Assembly (NCBI GenBank): GCA_015680685.1
Contig: MNCI01002011.1
Coordinates: 756,470 to 820,469 of the forward strand
DNA: 64,000 nucleotides
From: Gnetum montanum
Lineage: Eukaryota > Plantae > Gnetophyta
Direction of reading: 5' to 3'
Part shown: piece by piece, positions 40,679-52,499 of the stretch
Layout: every line of letters starts with the position of its first letter
Numbering within the stretch: position 1 is the first letter of the stretch
Program-made: the position numbers and the translations under genes
Notes under the pieces: generated by a model
Told to the model about the DNA's origin: nothing
The model's input: only the letters and a program-made list of their open reading frames with translations
Databases searched by the model: none

Positions 40679-42202
40679 TGTTGCGACCGAAAATCTTAAC
40701 TATTATAAGAATCAAGAAGTTTTTGATACACATAGTTCCTAACCTTGGATCTCTAACGCCTTCACAAAAAATGAGATCCTTAGTGCCCTGGATGGTCCAA
40801 CAAATCACCTACGGAATTAAAAAATGCAAAATGCAGGGGGGTGGGATGCAGGTGGGAAGGGGGAAGGAGGGAGGATAACAAGAATGAAATGCCAAATACA
40901 AATCTAAAATAAAATGCACAAAATGTAATGAATAACAAAACTTGCACATAAATAAAACTATAATCTTTATTTCAAAATAATTAAGAGGGTACAGAAAATG
41001 TGTACAAGATTACCCGTAGGAGTAGGAGGGTTCACTAAAAATGGGGTTTAGAATTCATTGAAGCTTTTGCAATCCATTCAATGATCTGAATGTTCTATCA
41101 ATCCTAATATTATTGAACCTTTACTATTGCCATACAAGATCTACAACATTGTTGATGCAAGGGGTGAGAGGTATGAGTGATTTTTTGATGTCAAGTGAGT
41201 AATGCTACGAGTTTGGGCTCCTAGATGCACAACATAGATACAAAATTCTCATAGATCTAAAGGGGGGGTAATAGGCTATGGGGATATAAATATGGCTATG
41301 GGGGTTCCATGTTGGGGTGCTCCAAGAGCTATGTTTTTGCTTAGATGCAAGAGCTCTTAGGTACCAAAATGTTTCCAAATGCCTAGGGGATTAAACTTCC
41401 AAAGTGTGGAACTGTTTAATGGTGTAGGGGCTTAGGTTTTATAGGTCTTGGGCCATTAACTTAGCTACAAATTAGCTACAATATTGGCTGCAAATTGTTG
41501 ACAAATTGGCTATGAGCTTCTACTATGCTTAGGTGAGGTGGATGTTCAAATAAAGGGGGGTTACCATATATGGTAAGTATCATACCCCTATGGCCATTCT
41601 AGTTACTAAAAATAGTAAATAGGAATTTTATACATGTTGGCTTTGTCCACCCACATTGGGACTTCTAATTGCAACATTAACATGCATGATTCTCACTGAA
41701 GTTGGTGCATGTGTTGAAATATTGACCATGAAGTATCCATGCTAGGGGCATGAAGTATCTAGGTAATGGGGTTGATGTATCAACACTACGAGGTAAGGGT
41801 TATACTCCCCAAATTGAGCATAGATGCTCCCACACCTCTCCATGATAGGCATAGATGCTACCACATCCCTCCGCACTAGGGGTAGGTGAGTCTTACCCCA
41901 ATGTAGGTGTCTTCAGTGAAGAAAATGATATACCTCTCATAAAACCCATTAGAATGCCAATTTTGGCATTCCAAAAGGCATTTCAACCCCACCTCCAAAG
42001 CCTAAATATAAATACTATGTGACACTTTTCGCTTGGGGGATGAGGCCTCAATCACTTTTGAGGCATTTTTAGCCCAAAAGTATAAAGTATGTGAGCTTTC
42101 ACCTCTTGGGTTGTAATCTTCACATTTACAATGAAGTTTCACCTCGAGCTTCATGGGATGGGGATTACAAAGGTTACACCATGCAAATTTGGTGGTGTTT
42201 CA
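40679..42202 (-). repeat. 3' LTR of E (1524 bp)
   Basis: Minus strand reads TGAAACACC...GGTCGCAACA; PPT adjacent; TATA at ~41438-41446 next to 11-bp TTAGCTACAAA repeats. Confidence 0.8.
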
Positions 42203-43124
42203 TTGGCCCCTCTTTGTTGGTGTCTAGAGGATTAACTTGAGAGGAATTAACAAAGAACACAAAACACCATTGTAGGTCCACCATTGATATTCCCTCTTCG
42301 TGCTTGATCTAGTTGTGTCGAGCTATGTCTAGTAGTGCTTGTCATGATGGGATAATGCTATGATGAAGAGATGGTCATGAGGTTGTATGTAAATAGTTGT
42401 GAAGCATAACAATGCTTTCCAAGTGTTGACATCATGGTTACAACACTAACATGTTGTGTCTTGAAGCACGGCTCACTCAGTAGATGCATTTAAGAAACCA
42501 TCAATTCAATGTATTTTGGCTATTAGGCTCCCCCTTTGCATGTTTAGAGCTATTGTCTTCACAATTTTCTTCTCCAGTTTTTTGGTGGGGTAAAACATTC
42601 ATTGGGTTTTTTTCTTGAGGGTGGTTTTGACATGGCTTTCTTACTAAATAAGCTATGTTACAGCTAGCAAACTTCATGGCCTTTCCATCAAATGAGATGT
42701 TTTACACTTAATGGACTTAATGGTTTTCTTCTTTGAATGAGATGTGTTACACTCAAAAAACTTGATGAAGGAATGAGGTAAGACTATAGTGCATGAATTC
42801 CAAAGATAAGTTAACATTGCTACTTAGGATAAGGAAGGCTATAATAAGGTTATGGGGTTAGGTCTGAGGAGATGATAGTAGGAATGGGAATGAGACAAGA
42901 ACTCTTGGAATAGTAGGACAAACTCACTAGATCTTCTACTTTGAGGTTACATGGCAACTTGCTGCCATGATGAGTTGCATCTTCACAATGACTCTGGACT
43001 CCATCCTACAAGCACAACTCCAATAGGAAAAGAAAACTAAACAATGAAAGCATGTTGTCATGTTACAATGCATAAGGCCATATAAAATGATGAATAAAAC
43101 CAAGCTACCTAGGTCTCTAATGTT

Positions 43125-43240
43125 GTCAGTTTAAGGCCTTAGTGGGCCATGGTGCTAGTTTAAGGTCTTAGCAGACCATGGTTTCACTTGTTTTAGGCCA
43201 TAGTAGGCCATCTTACTAGTTTAAGGCCTCATCATGTCAT
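43125..43240. repeat. Tandem ~29-bp hairpin units in the 3' UTR of E
   Basis: AGTTTAA-GGCC-N6-GGCC or GGTC-N6-GACC, four copies; two more at 46922-46976. Confidence 0.8.
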
Positions 43241-43272
43241 CAATGTTGGCTATTTATTACTAGTTCTGAAAA

Positions 43273-46200
43273 GCTACATGTAGTAAGGATTTAGATAGGA
43301 ATGACTGACTGGGTTGGCCAACTCATTTCCACTGATATATGAGATCTTGAATGCTTCATTGCCATAGGTTTTGGTGACCAGGAAAGGCCCTTCCTAGTTG
43401 GTTGAGAATTATTTTACATGCTTATAGATGGATTTCAGGACCAAGTCACCTTCCTTGATCTTACACTTGGTCAAGTTATGGTTTTGTTGTTGTTTCTACC
43501 TCTCTTGATACTATTTTACATGAGCAAGTGTTCGCACACATTGCTCTTCCACCAGGTCTAGATGCATGGTCCACAGTTTCTTACTTTTTTCATTGTTGAT
43601 GAAGTGGAACAAGGCTACTCAAAGAAATGGCACCTAAAATTCAAGAGGTAAAATGGCTTTAGAACCATAAACCAAACTATAAGGGATTACACTAGTTGTC
43701 ATATGATAGGTTTTTCTATAGGTTCAAAGTGCATGGATAAGTTGCACATGCTACTTATGCTTGCTATTGTTTAACATCTTTTTGAGAAAATTGATGATGG
43801 CCTCATTACTTTCTTCTTCTTGTCCATTGGCTTGAGGGTAATAAGGTGATGAAAACAAATTCTTAATTCCTAAGTCATGATAGAAATTCTTTGTTTCTTG
43901 GCTACTAAACTGTGGTCCATTATTTGTAACTATGATCATAGGTATGCAAAAATAGTTTATAATGTTATCCAAAATGAATTTTTAGACTTGCTCAAATGTT
44001 GTCCTTATTTTATTTATAGTGATGATGAAACTATGCCCTATGGAAGACTTAGGCATTATGTGTCCAATGATATCCTAGCCCCATCATTGAAATAACCAAG
44101 TTATCTAAGTAGTATGCAACTCAGTTGGTGGTACATGTATAAGGTTGCTATGCCACTAGCAAATGTCACAAGTTTTAACCTTTTTCTTGTAGTCATTTTC
44201 CATATAGGGCCACTAATAACCTAATTGTCTAATATTCAAGGCCATAGCTCTAGGTCCTATACATCCCCCACAAACATCCTTGTGATACTACTCTATGAAT
44301 GTTATGGCTTTAGTTTTATCCAAGAACCCTAACAATATGGCATCACAAGACTATTGACATAATTTTTTATCACCTATAATGACATATTGTTTTGATCATT
44401 TACATATAGCATCCTTTTGAGTAGCAATTAGGCCTTGTGAAGATTCATCATGCATAAGGTAAAATTTGATATTATCATACCACTCCCTTGCAAGAGTAGT
44501 ATGAACCATGGCCACAAAGGTATCCTTAATGCTCTATGTGATGGGAACAATACAGTCGATAGTCAAAGTGTAAAACCTACTAAAAACATCTATAGCATTT
44601 TCATTTTAGGGGATGTGTTGGATGTCAACTTATGTAAATTGTTGCAATAGTTGCTTTCCTAAGTCCTAATAAGGTTGTACATGTTTGGCCTTGCATGCAT
44701 AAACCTTGGTTACTTGGTTGACCACAAGTTGTGAATCACCCATGATTGTTAAATGCTTAATTCCTAGGTCATGAGCTATAATCATCCCTTTGATCAAACC
44801 CTCATACCCTTCTATATTATTGATGCATAGAAACTCAAAATGATAGGTGAAGGATCAGATTTCACTAGATGAGAATGTTATGATGGTAGTAGCACTAGCC
44901 CCATGAGCAGTTGAAGCTCTTTCAAAGTGCATGACTACCTCATAATCCTCAAGCACTTGGTTAATAGTGTTGATTTTTTTATCAAGAAACTTAGGATCAC
45001 TGGTTGCATGGTCATCAACAGGAAAAATGCTAAGTTGTATGGCTATAGCTTGACCCTTCATTAAGGACTGAGAGACATAATGAAGGTGAAACTTTGCTAT
45101 TATGGATTTCCATCAAGCTATATGGATACTCTTGTAGATATTGATTGTTATGGCTATAAGTATGTTGTCTTTGCAAATGACATTGACCTAGCTTCTAAAG
45201 AGGTAGTGTCTCCACTTCTTCAATGAGAAGACAATAATTCTCCACTTTAGTGTATCATATTTCATGGATGACTAATGCATTACTAAGATAGTATATTGGT
45301 ATCTCTGATCTATCATCATGTTTTTGACAAAGTAGAGATAAGATGGACATGTTAAATATAGCAAGGTAGATGTAAAATGATTTACCATCTTGTAGAGGAT
45401 AAACTATCAGTAGTTGTGCCAACTCTTGGTTAAGGTTTTCAAAGGCCTCTTGGCATTGAGCTGTCCACACATAGTGAACCCCTTTTTTAAGCAAGTGTTG
45501 CATGGGTTGTAACTAATCTATAAGCCTAGCAATAAACCTATGGATAAATTGCAATCTACCTTGCAACCCTTAAATCTCCTTAATGTTAGTTGGAACTGCT
45601 AATTTGGATATGGCCTTAACCTTATTAGGATCAACATGTATCCCTACTTCAGACACTACAAAGTTGAGCATCTTATTGGTCTTGACACCAAAAACACACT
45701 TCTTGGGATCAATTGTAAGTTCATACTTAAGGCATCATTTAAGTACAAGGTCAAGGTCATGTGTATGGTAATTTTCCACTTTGGATTTAATGGCTATATC
45801 ATCTAAGTAATCATTGAGAAAACTTAACATGTAATCGCTATAGATATACATCATGATCCTCTAGTAGATTGCTCCTATGTTCCTAAGGTTAAAGGTCATC
45901 ATGATATAGCAAAAGATACCCCAAGGGGTCATGAAGGTTGTGCGAAGTTGATGTTATGGGTTTATCCTAATCTTGTTATATCCCAATAATCCATCCATAA
46001 AGGATAATAAGGCATACCTAGCCATGGTATTAATAAGCTAGTCAATACTAGGCAAAGGTTGCCTTATTTAGGCCTTAGGAATTGATGTAAATACGAATAC
46101 TCCCATTCTTCTTACAAACTATCACTATGTTGGAAATTGATTTAGTGTAGTCAACAACACTAATGAAACCAGCTTGGTAGAGTTTGTGATTTTGTCACAG

Positions 46201-46697
46201 ACTACCATGGCCAAATTAGGTCCAATCTTGTGAACTTTTTGCTTAACTAGTCTAATGCTAGTATCAAGTATGATGTTGTGTTGTACTAGGTGCAAGTCTA
46301 GGCCTTACATATATTCATATGACCAAGTTAAGGCCTTAATGTTATCTTGTAGGACCTTGGTAATGTCTTGAGCATGTTGAGGTTTTAGTGAGGGACTTAG
46401 TTTTAGGGTTTTCTCCTCACCTCTATGTGTTGTGATAGGAACCTCAATGAGAGAGTCTTTAGTAATGTAACCAACCTATAGGTCAAGGATCTTAACTAGG
46501 TTTTTAGGCCACTCAAGAGGTTTCTTGAGGGAGGCTATGTGGTTGATAAAACTCTTAGGCTCAAGATCTAGGTAATCATGGTCAATGCACCATTCTACAT
46601 CACTGTAAGGCCCACTTAGGCTCAAAGGTAAACTAATATGCTCCTAGGTACTCATACTTCAGTCTTGCATGTCAACCATAAGTACATTAAGTGGCAT
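43273..46697 (-). pseudogene. pol: pol of E: RT, RNase H, additional archaeal-type RNase H, integrase
   Basis: TWSYEYM*GLD; SFMDGLLGYNKI; YLDDI at ~45797-45811; FYIYLAIFNMS; MHFERAS (FDGAS-like) and IMVDSQLVVNQV; VTNNGPQF...SSPYYPQANGQ; WEGPF-like motif. Confidence 0.92.
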
Positions 46698-47379
46698 AGG
46701 GGTAAAGATGAGTAAATAATATCAAAGTTCTATAAAATTATGCAAATCCATGCTATAAAATACATACAAAAGGTGAACAAGGTCGTATATGGCTATAAGG
46801 GATAGAAAGAAATTAATAAAATGAGACAAATGCTAAACAAAGGTCAAGTAAAGGCTGAATAAGGTTGAAAAAAGCTACAAAATAACAAGGTAAAACAAGG
46901 TCACCTAAGGTAACAAGCTTGTCAGTATAAGGCCTTGGTAGGCCATGATGCCAGTTTAAGGCCATAAGAGGCCATCGTCCATGGTGTCAAATGGTAGTCA
47001 AGGAAGATCAAACCTCACAATTTAATACCAATCAAAGGTTAAACAAGGCTATATATGGATTTAATGTAGCGAATAAATGCAATAAAATTGAGATAGAAGT
47101 AGTATTGAGGCTAAATAAGGTCAATAATGCAACAATGGTCAAAACAGGTTGTAATATGATTGAAACAAGACCAAATAAGGCAAAGTGGAACATATATGAG
47201 AATCTTGATCAAAATATGGTAAAAAAAGGAATAGATTTTAATAGTTTTAGGCATTAGTAGTCCATGATTTCAAGCTACAAGAATCATAGGTAAGTTTAGG
47301 CATTAGTTAGGGCTATTTAAATTGAAAAAGCAAGGTTTTTTAGCTATCCATACTGGACCTATAATGAATTCATGCTACC

Positions 47380-48710
47380 CAACATGGATGGAGTGACTCC
47401 CAACATAGATAGGACATGCAAGTAGCTTCCTAGGATATTTTTGGGTATTTTTTTGACTCCTAATGGCTTGCATGTCTAGTGCTCTGAATTGGGAAAGGAA
47501 ATAAGCTAGTTTTGGCATCAGTTTCAAACCTTGTAAACCCCTATTGAAGCCTAGATCTACCATCGACATTAGATCCATGCTTAGAAGTGTAGATCCAATG
47601 TGGATACTAATGAAAGTGGGTTGCATGAAACCCAAAGTATCAAAATTGAGACTAGGCCTTTCTAAGGTAGCATAGGGCAAAATCTATCAAGATTAATCAT
47701 TTTGGAGGTGGAAAATGGCCAAAACGCAAGTTCTAAAGTCATACCCTCTTGTATCCACGTTGTCTAGCATGGATGGGAGGAGGTTTAGTGTGGATGCTCT
47801 AGAACTGAGCCATGACAAGGTCAAACAAGGTTGGATTTATAACTGGGACCAATTTTTTGCAATTATGCACTCCCAAACTAAATTTTGAAGCCATTTTGGA
47901 AGGGTTTTGAGCATTAAATAAAGTTTGAACTAGTATCCACAATGGATCCATGATGAACAACATGGATGAATGGGGGTGCTCTTACTTTTTGGTCCTAGAA
48001 TGGTTTTGGGAGTAGATCAACTAGGTGTTTAGGCTTCTAGGGCTAGAAACAGTGAATTCTAGGAATTTTGGCTATGTTTGAAGGTACTTTAAGGGCATGC
48101 ATGATTATCCCCATTTCATCCATGTTGGGTAGCATTAATCCAGTGTGGATAAGCAGGCCTGGTATGTTTCATGATCAAAAATGAGATTAAACAAGTAAAA
48201 ACTCGAGGCTCTGAAGTTATAGGCTTTGCTAGTGTAGGTTTCTATTCTCTAGGTGTGTTGATTTGTTGCCAAAAGTGGAAAGGCAACTCATCCACATTGG
48301 ATCCACACTAGGTAGTGTGTCCACATTGATAGATCAAAAATGTTAGATTTAGGCTAGGTTTACAACAAATTAACCATGCATGTCAACTCCCAAGGTTGCC
48401 AATGTCAAGCGCTAGGATTCAAGGTCAAAAGTTAGTAGTTTTGAGGGCTTCTAAATGGTTTTGGAGGTTAGGTCCATGATGGATCCACATTGGTTAGCAT
48501 GGATCCGGTGTCGAGGATCAAAGGGGATAAATTTTTTATAATATTTAACAAGTTTTGATCGTGCATGTACCTCTCTAGGGTTGTCGGTGTTGATGGTTGA
48601 AGTCTAGGATCAAAATTTGGTAGTTTTAAAGGTTTTTGGATGGGTTTTTATCTTACCCATCTTGGTCCACACTAGATCCACACTAGCTAGTGTGGATGTA
48701 ATGTGGGGGA
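47380..48710. repeat. Dispersed GGATCCACA(T/C)TGG / CCAATGTGGAT palindromic motifs in the 5' leader of E
   Basis: Copies in both orientations at ~47590, 47750, 47933, 48290, 48480 and 48665. Confidence 0.6.
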
Positions 48711-49767
48711 TTTAAAGGAATCAATTTCTTTTGGTTTTTAATCATTTTTATAAAGTTTAAGGCTCTAGGAGGTGCTAACAATGTTTTAGGATGCATGCAA
48801 GGCCATCTAGTATCATTTTAAGGTGTTTATGAGCTTCACATGGGTCTCCCCCTTAGTATTCATGCTAGATAGTATGGATTGGGGGGGGGGGGGGGAAAGG
48901 GGGGAAGAGTCACCAATGTGATGTAGCGACCAAAAATGTCGGCAGCTGGAAAACATCGACAAGTCATCAGTCATTGATAGTCTTAACCTCATTTCCGCGG
49001 GAGGGCCATTCTGGATAAGATAGAAACAAGACCCCCTGAACAATCTGGTCAATCAGACAGGGACTTAGGCGATGTTAATATAACCTTTTGTAGCCAGATA
49101 ATTTGAAAATGAGACTGATAGCGCAAAATAATGCTTAAATGTAAAAGAGGCAGAAAACAGTGTAAAATGCAATGATAATCCATAGACAAAGTAAAATCTA
49201 GTTAGAAAAATGCACCAGTTCGAAGCTACAACTTCACTTTGTCAAGGTGGATATAATCAGTTGCACAATGCTGAGAAGTGCAGAGATCTTGAGAGTAACC
49301 AAGACATGTAGAGCAAGATGACTGTGTGTTTGAACGTGGACTCAGGAGTTAACAATGCGAAGTGCTACCAAGGTGGTAGAGAAGAGTAGAACAAAATGCC
49401 AACTAAGAGTGCTAACTATTTACAATGTCAAACAGAAAGTTTACAATGCTCAAGGTTATAGTGCTAACGTTTTTTGCTTGTCAGCCAACAAAATTGTTAG
49501 CCAACCAAAATTGCCAACAAACTGGATCCGGGGACCCTTCAAGCATTACTCATTGGGGTATTTATAGGACCGATGGCACGTGAAAGATGCAGTTTGGACA
49601 CCACATGCCCTGGGCTTATGCTGACTTGTCTATACTGCACGTGCTTGCATAACCATTGGGTGAGTTTGCCATGCTGTAATTACAAACCTTCCATGTTGTA
49701 ATTGTGCTGTTAGAGCAACGATGTGATTAAGTGGAGTGCATTGATGTAGCGTAACTTCCTACCACGC

Positions 49768-50746
49768 TGATGAGTGGCGAGGTACCCCTACACTCAACCA
49801 TATGAAATGAGTGTAGCACGCGTGATCCAGTTGAACTCCGCAGACTAAATGCCTACACACCCCATGGAACACTTGGGGTTAATTATTTTTTGTCTTCCCA
49901 TACTTACTTGTGTTTGTCATGGTGTATGGTTAAGTAAGTCCGAGGTATATGATTTTTATATCTTTTATGTGTTTTTCTCCTATGCTATTGAGGTGAAGGG
50001 TTGAGAAACTAGCTAACTCTAACTAATGACTAAGTCTAAATTAACTAGCATCAGCATCTATTCCCACTTACCATACACACCCTGAACTATGCAACTATGG
50101 CTACCAAACGCTAATCGTTACTGGGATTACCACACGTAACGCACGTGCTCGAAGTAGTCGTACTGAGGAACTTAACTAGCCTAAATGTGATAATCATCCA
50201 TTCCTTGGCTATCCGTACACATCCTTGAATGCTTGTAACCAAGTCATACTTATCCCATGTTCTAGGAGTTGAGGGTGAGAGAATCTAATCGCGATGAGCA
50301 ACCGATTCCTTGATTAGCCGTACACATTCATCAATGCTCGTAATCAAGTCGTACTCATGCCACACTAATGCAAGTAATAAATAACATGTAAGAAATAACA
50401 GGTAATAAATCCTATTCCGTGCACTCCAAGGTTTATCCACAAAGCTAGTCTTTATTGCTATACACAACTTGTGTTTAGGTACAAAGCTGCTTGAATAAAG
50501 ATCTGTTCACTTGGGAACTCCTACTATGGGCACATGGAAAATATTCTATCTCTAGAGTGATCAATCTGCCAGAGTTTCCCTACTTTTAGCCTAGGATGGG
50601 AAATAAGGGGAGTGCCACCTCTTATTTATAGATTTAGTAGCGGACCACGATATCATGTACGTGACATCGCAGGGGATGATGCGATATCGCGTATGCAATA
50701 TCGCATGGGATGCGATATCGCGACTCATGTGAATCGCATCTCATCA
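49768..50746 (-). repeat. 3' LTR of F (979 bp)
   Basis: TGATGAG...CTCATCA termini; colinear with 58406-59276; GCGATATCGC palindromes at ~50648-50725. Confidence 0.93.
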
Positions 50747-52264
50747 TACCCCCATGATTAAATGAAAACTTGTCCTTGAGTTCCTTACAATAATATCGGG
50801 AAGGTATGGAATTATTGAGGGGAATGAAACTAATGGGATGACATGTGAACAGATCATCATTACAAGAATTGACAAGATTGGTGTTTATGATAACAAGGGT
50901 AAACACCTTATTACAATGACATCAGGCCTTAGTTGGTAGCTGAGAAAGAAAGAAAGAGAGAGAGAGAGAGAAAGAAGTGTTGCTGCTGCCAACACCAAGA
51001 TTGCACCTTCATTGTCCATCTGTAAGTGCACCATCGATCTTGCTCCTTGCATAGCTGCTTCAGTGCTGTTCCATTCCAAGTGGTTCCTCCCGATCCAGTC
51101 CATTATTGCATGGTCACCATCTGCACACACAACACAATCTTAATTAGCAAGGATAAATGAATCATCATGTAATTGATACCTTGCTTCGGTGTAAATTCAT
51201 TGGCTAGGTTGTGGTATGGTTGATATGGATTGGGAGATATATTANTAGGAATGTCAGTGGGTCCTCATGCCATGAATGCCCTGACAAACCCACATTCAAA
51301 GAGTCTGTAGGCTCTAGGAATGTCATTTGGAACAAGAGTTAAAGTATTAACCATAAGAATTTACCAAAAAGAAAACAATGCATCTACCAAAATATACACT
51401 AATGATACAACTGATAATGAGGTGAACAATGGAGAGAAGGATGGAGAGAAGAGGATGGAATGGAATCTCAAGAACAAGGTGGTGTACAGCCCCTTGTGTG
51501 TTTCATGATTAATGTGACTTAGAAAATCCCATTCCAAGTCCAACCTCAAACCATCCACATCTAGTGACTTCACATAAATGCATTTGGCGAAACCATCCAC
51601 TTGGATAACAAGGATGCATCTCCAAAGAGCCATCACCATTTCGATGAAACAAATGAGAGAATGGGAAGCGAGAAGGGCCTTAGTTAGAGGGAACACTTTT
51701 GGTTCCATAACCAATGCTTGTAGCCCAAGTTTTATTTCGTCTAAAGGGTGTGCTTTAAATTCTCACTTTGTTGTTTTTTTTGTTTTATTTTATGTTTTTA
51801 TGCATGAGAACCACATCATGCAAAGACTTTTTATTTTTATTGTCTCAGCTTCTGATAGTTGGGTAACATCGAAACAGTAAGAAAACTCAAGAAGAAAACA
51901 TCCAAGCACCCAAGAGAATGACCAACACAAAAGCATCAAGTTCTCTTGAAGTCACACCCTTTGCAATCCTTGAGTCCTTCCTTAGTTTGAAAAATACCCA
52001 GTCATCGATTCGTTTAAGTTCTTATTATAAGGGGGTTGTACATTTCCAAGCTGAGAGAGACCATAGAAACTGGTGGATGGATGGATGAAGTGGTCTCATT
52101 GCCTGCCATATCAAAAGAAACATACCTTAGTATCAACATTGTGACTTAAATGTAAAAACCAAACATTGGCAATCAATATGAAAACAAATCATACGATCAT
52201 TCCGAACACTTATTGGGTGACAAACTTACATGGTGGATATCACACACATATACAAAAAATGAAA

Positions 52265-52450
52265 AAATTATAAAGATGTTGTAAAAAAAAAACTAGAAAA
52301 GTTAAAGAAATTTGAAAAACAAAAATAAGAAAAGTTAAAGAAATTTGTAAAACAAAAATTAGAAAAGTTAAAGAAAGTTGTAAAAGAAAAATATGTAATA
52401 CAAAAAAACATTGTAAAACAAAAACGTGTAAAACAAAAATTGAAAAAGAA
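52265..52450. repeat. A-rich tandem repeat (~29 bp, AAAAATTAGAAAAGTTAAAGAAATTTGT) in the 3' UTR of F
   Basis: Three clear copies plus degenerate TGTAAAACAAAA units. Confidence 0.75.
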
Positions 52451-52499
52451 CTGAGGGCCCCATATGATCAGCATAGGTGGCCATCTCTCCCATGACTGA

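Larger units (their letters stand above)
40679..48921 (-). mobile_element. Tat/Ogre-like element E (RT-RH-aRH-IN; no recognisable gag/PR); 5' LTR displaced by G
   Basis: 3' LTR, PPT AAAGAGGGGCCAA, pol with a second RNase H, and PBS remnant TGGTGACTC (Arg-type TGGCGACTC) at 48907-48915. Confidence 0.85.

Noticed and set aside
50747-51300. F seems to lack the extra 3' ORF, which would complement A and B neatly
   Set aside because: The N at 51245 lies where the ORF would be, so absence cannot be claimed.
51361-52474. Hydrophobic ORFs (51361-51714, 52268-52474) as env or membrane proteins
   Set aside because: They are translations of T-rich UTR and tandem repeats, not conserved in the homologous UTRs of A, B or C.
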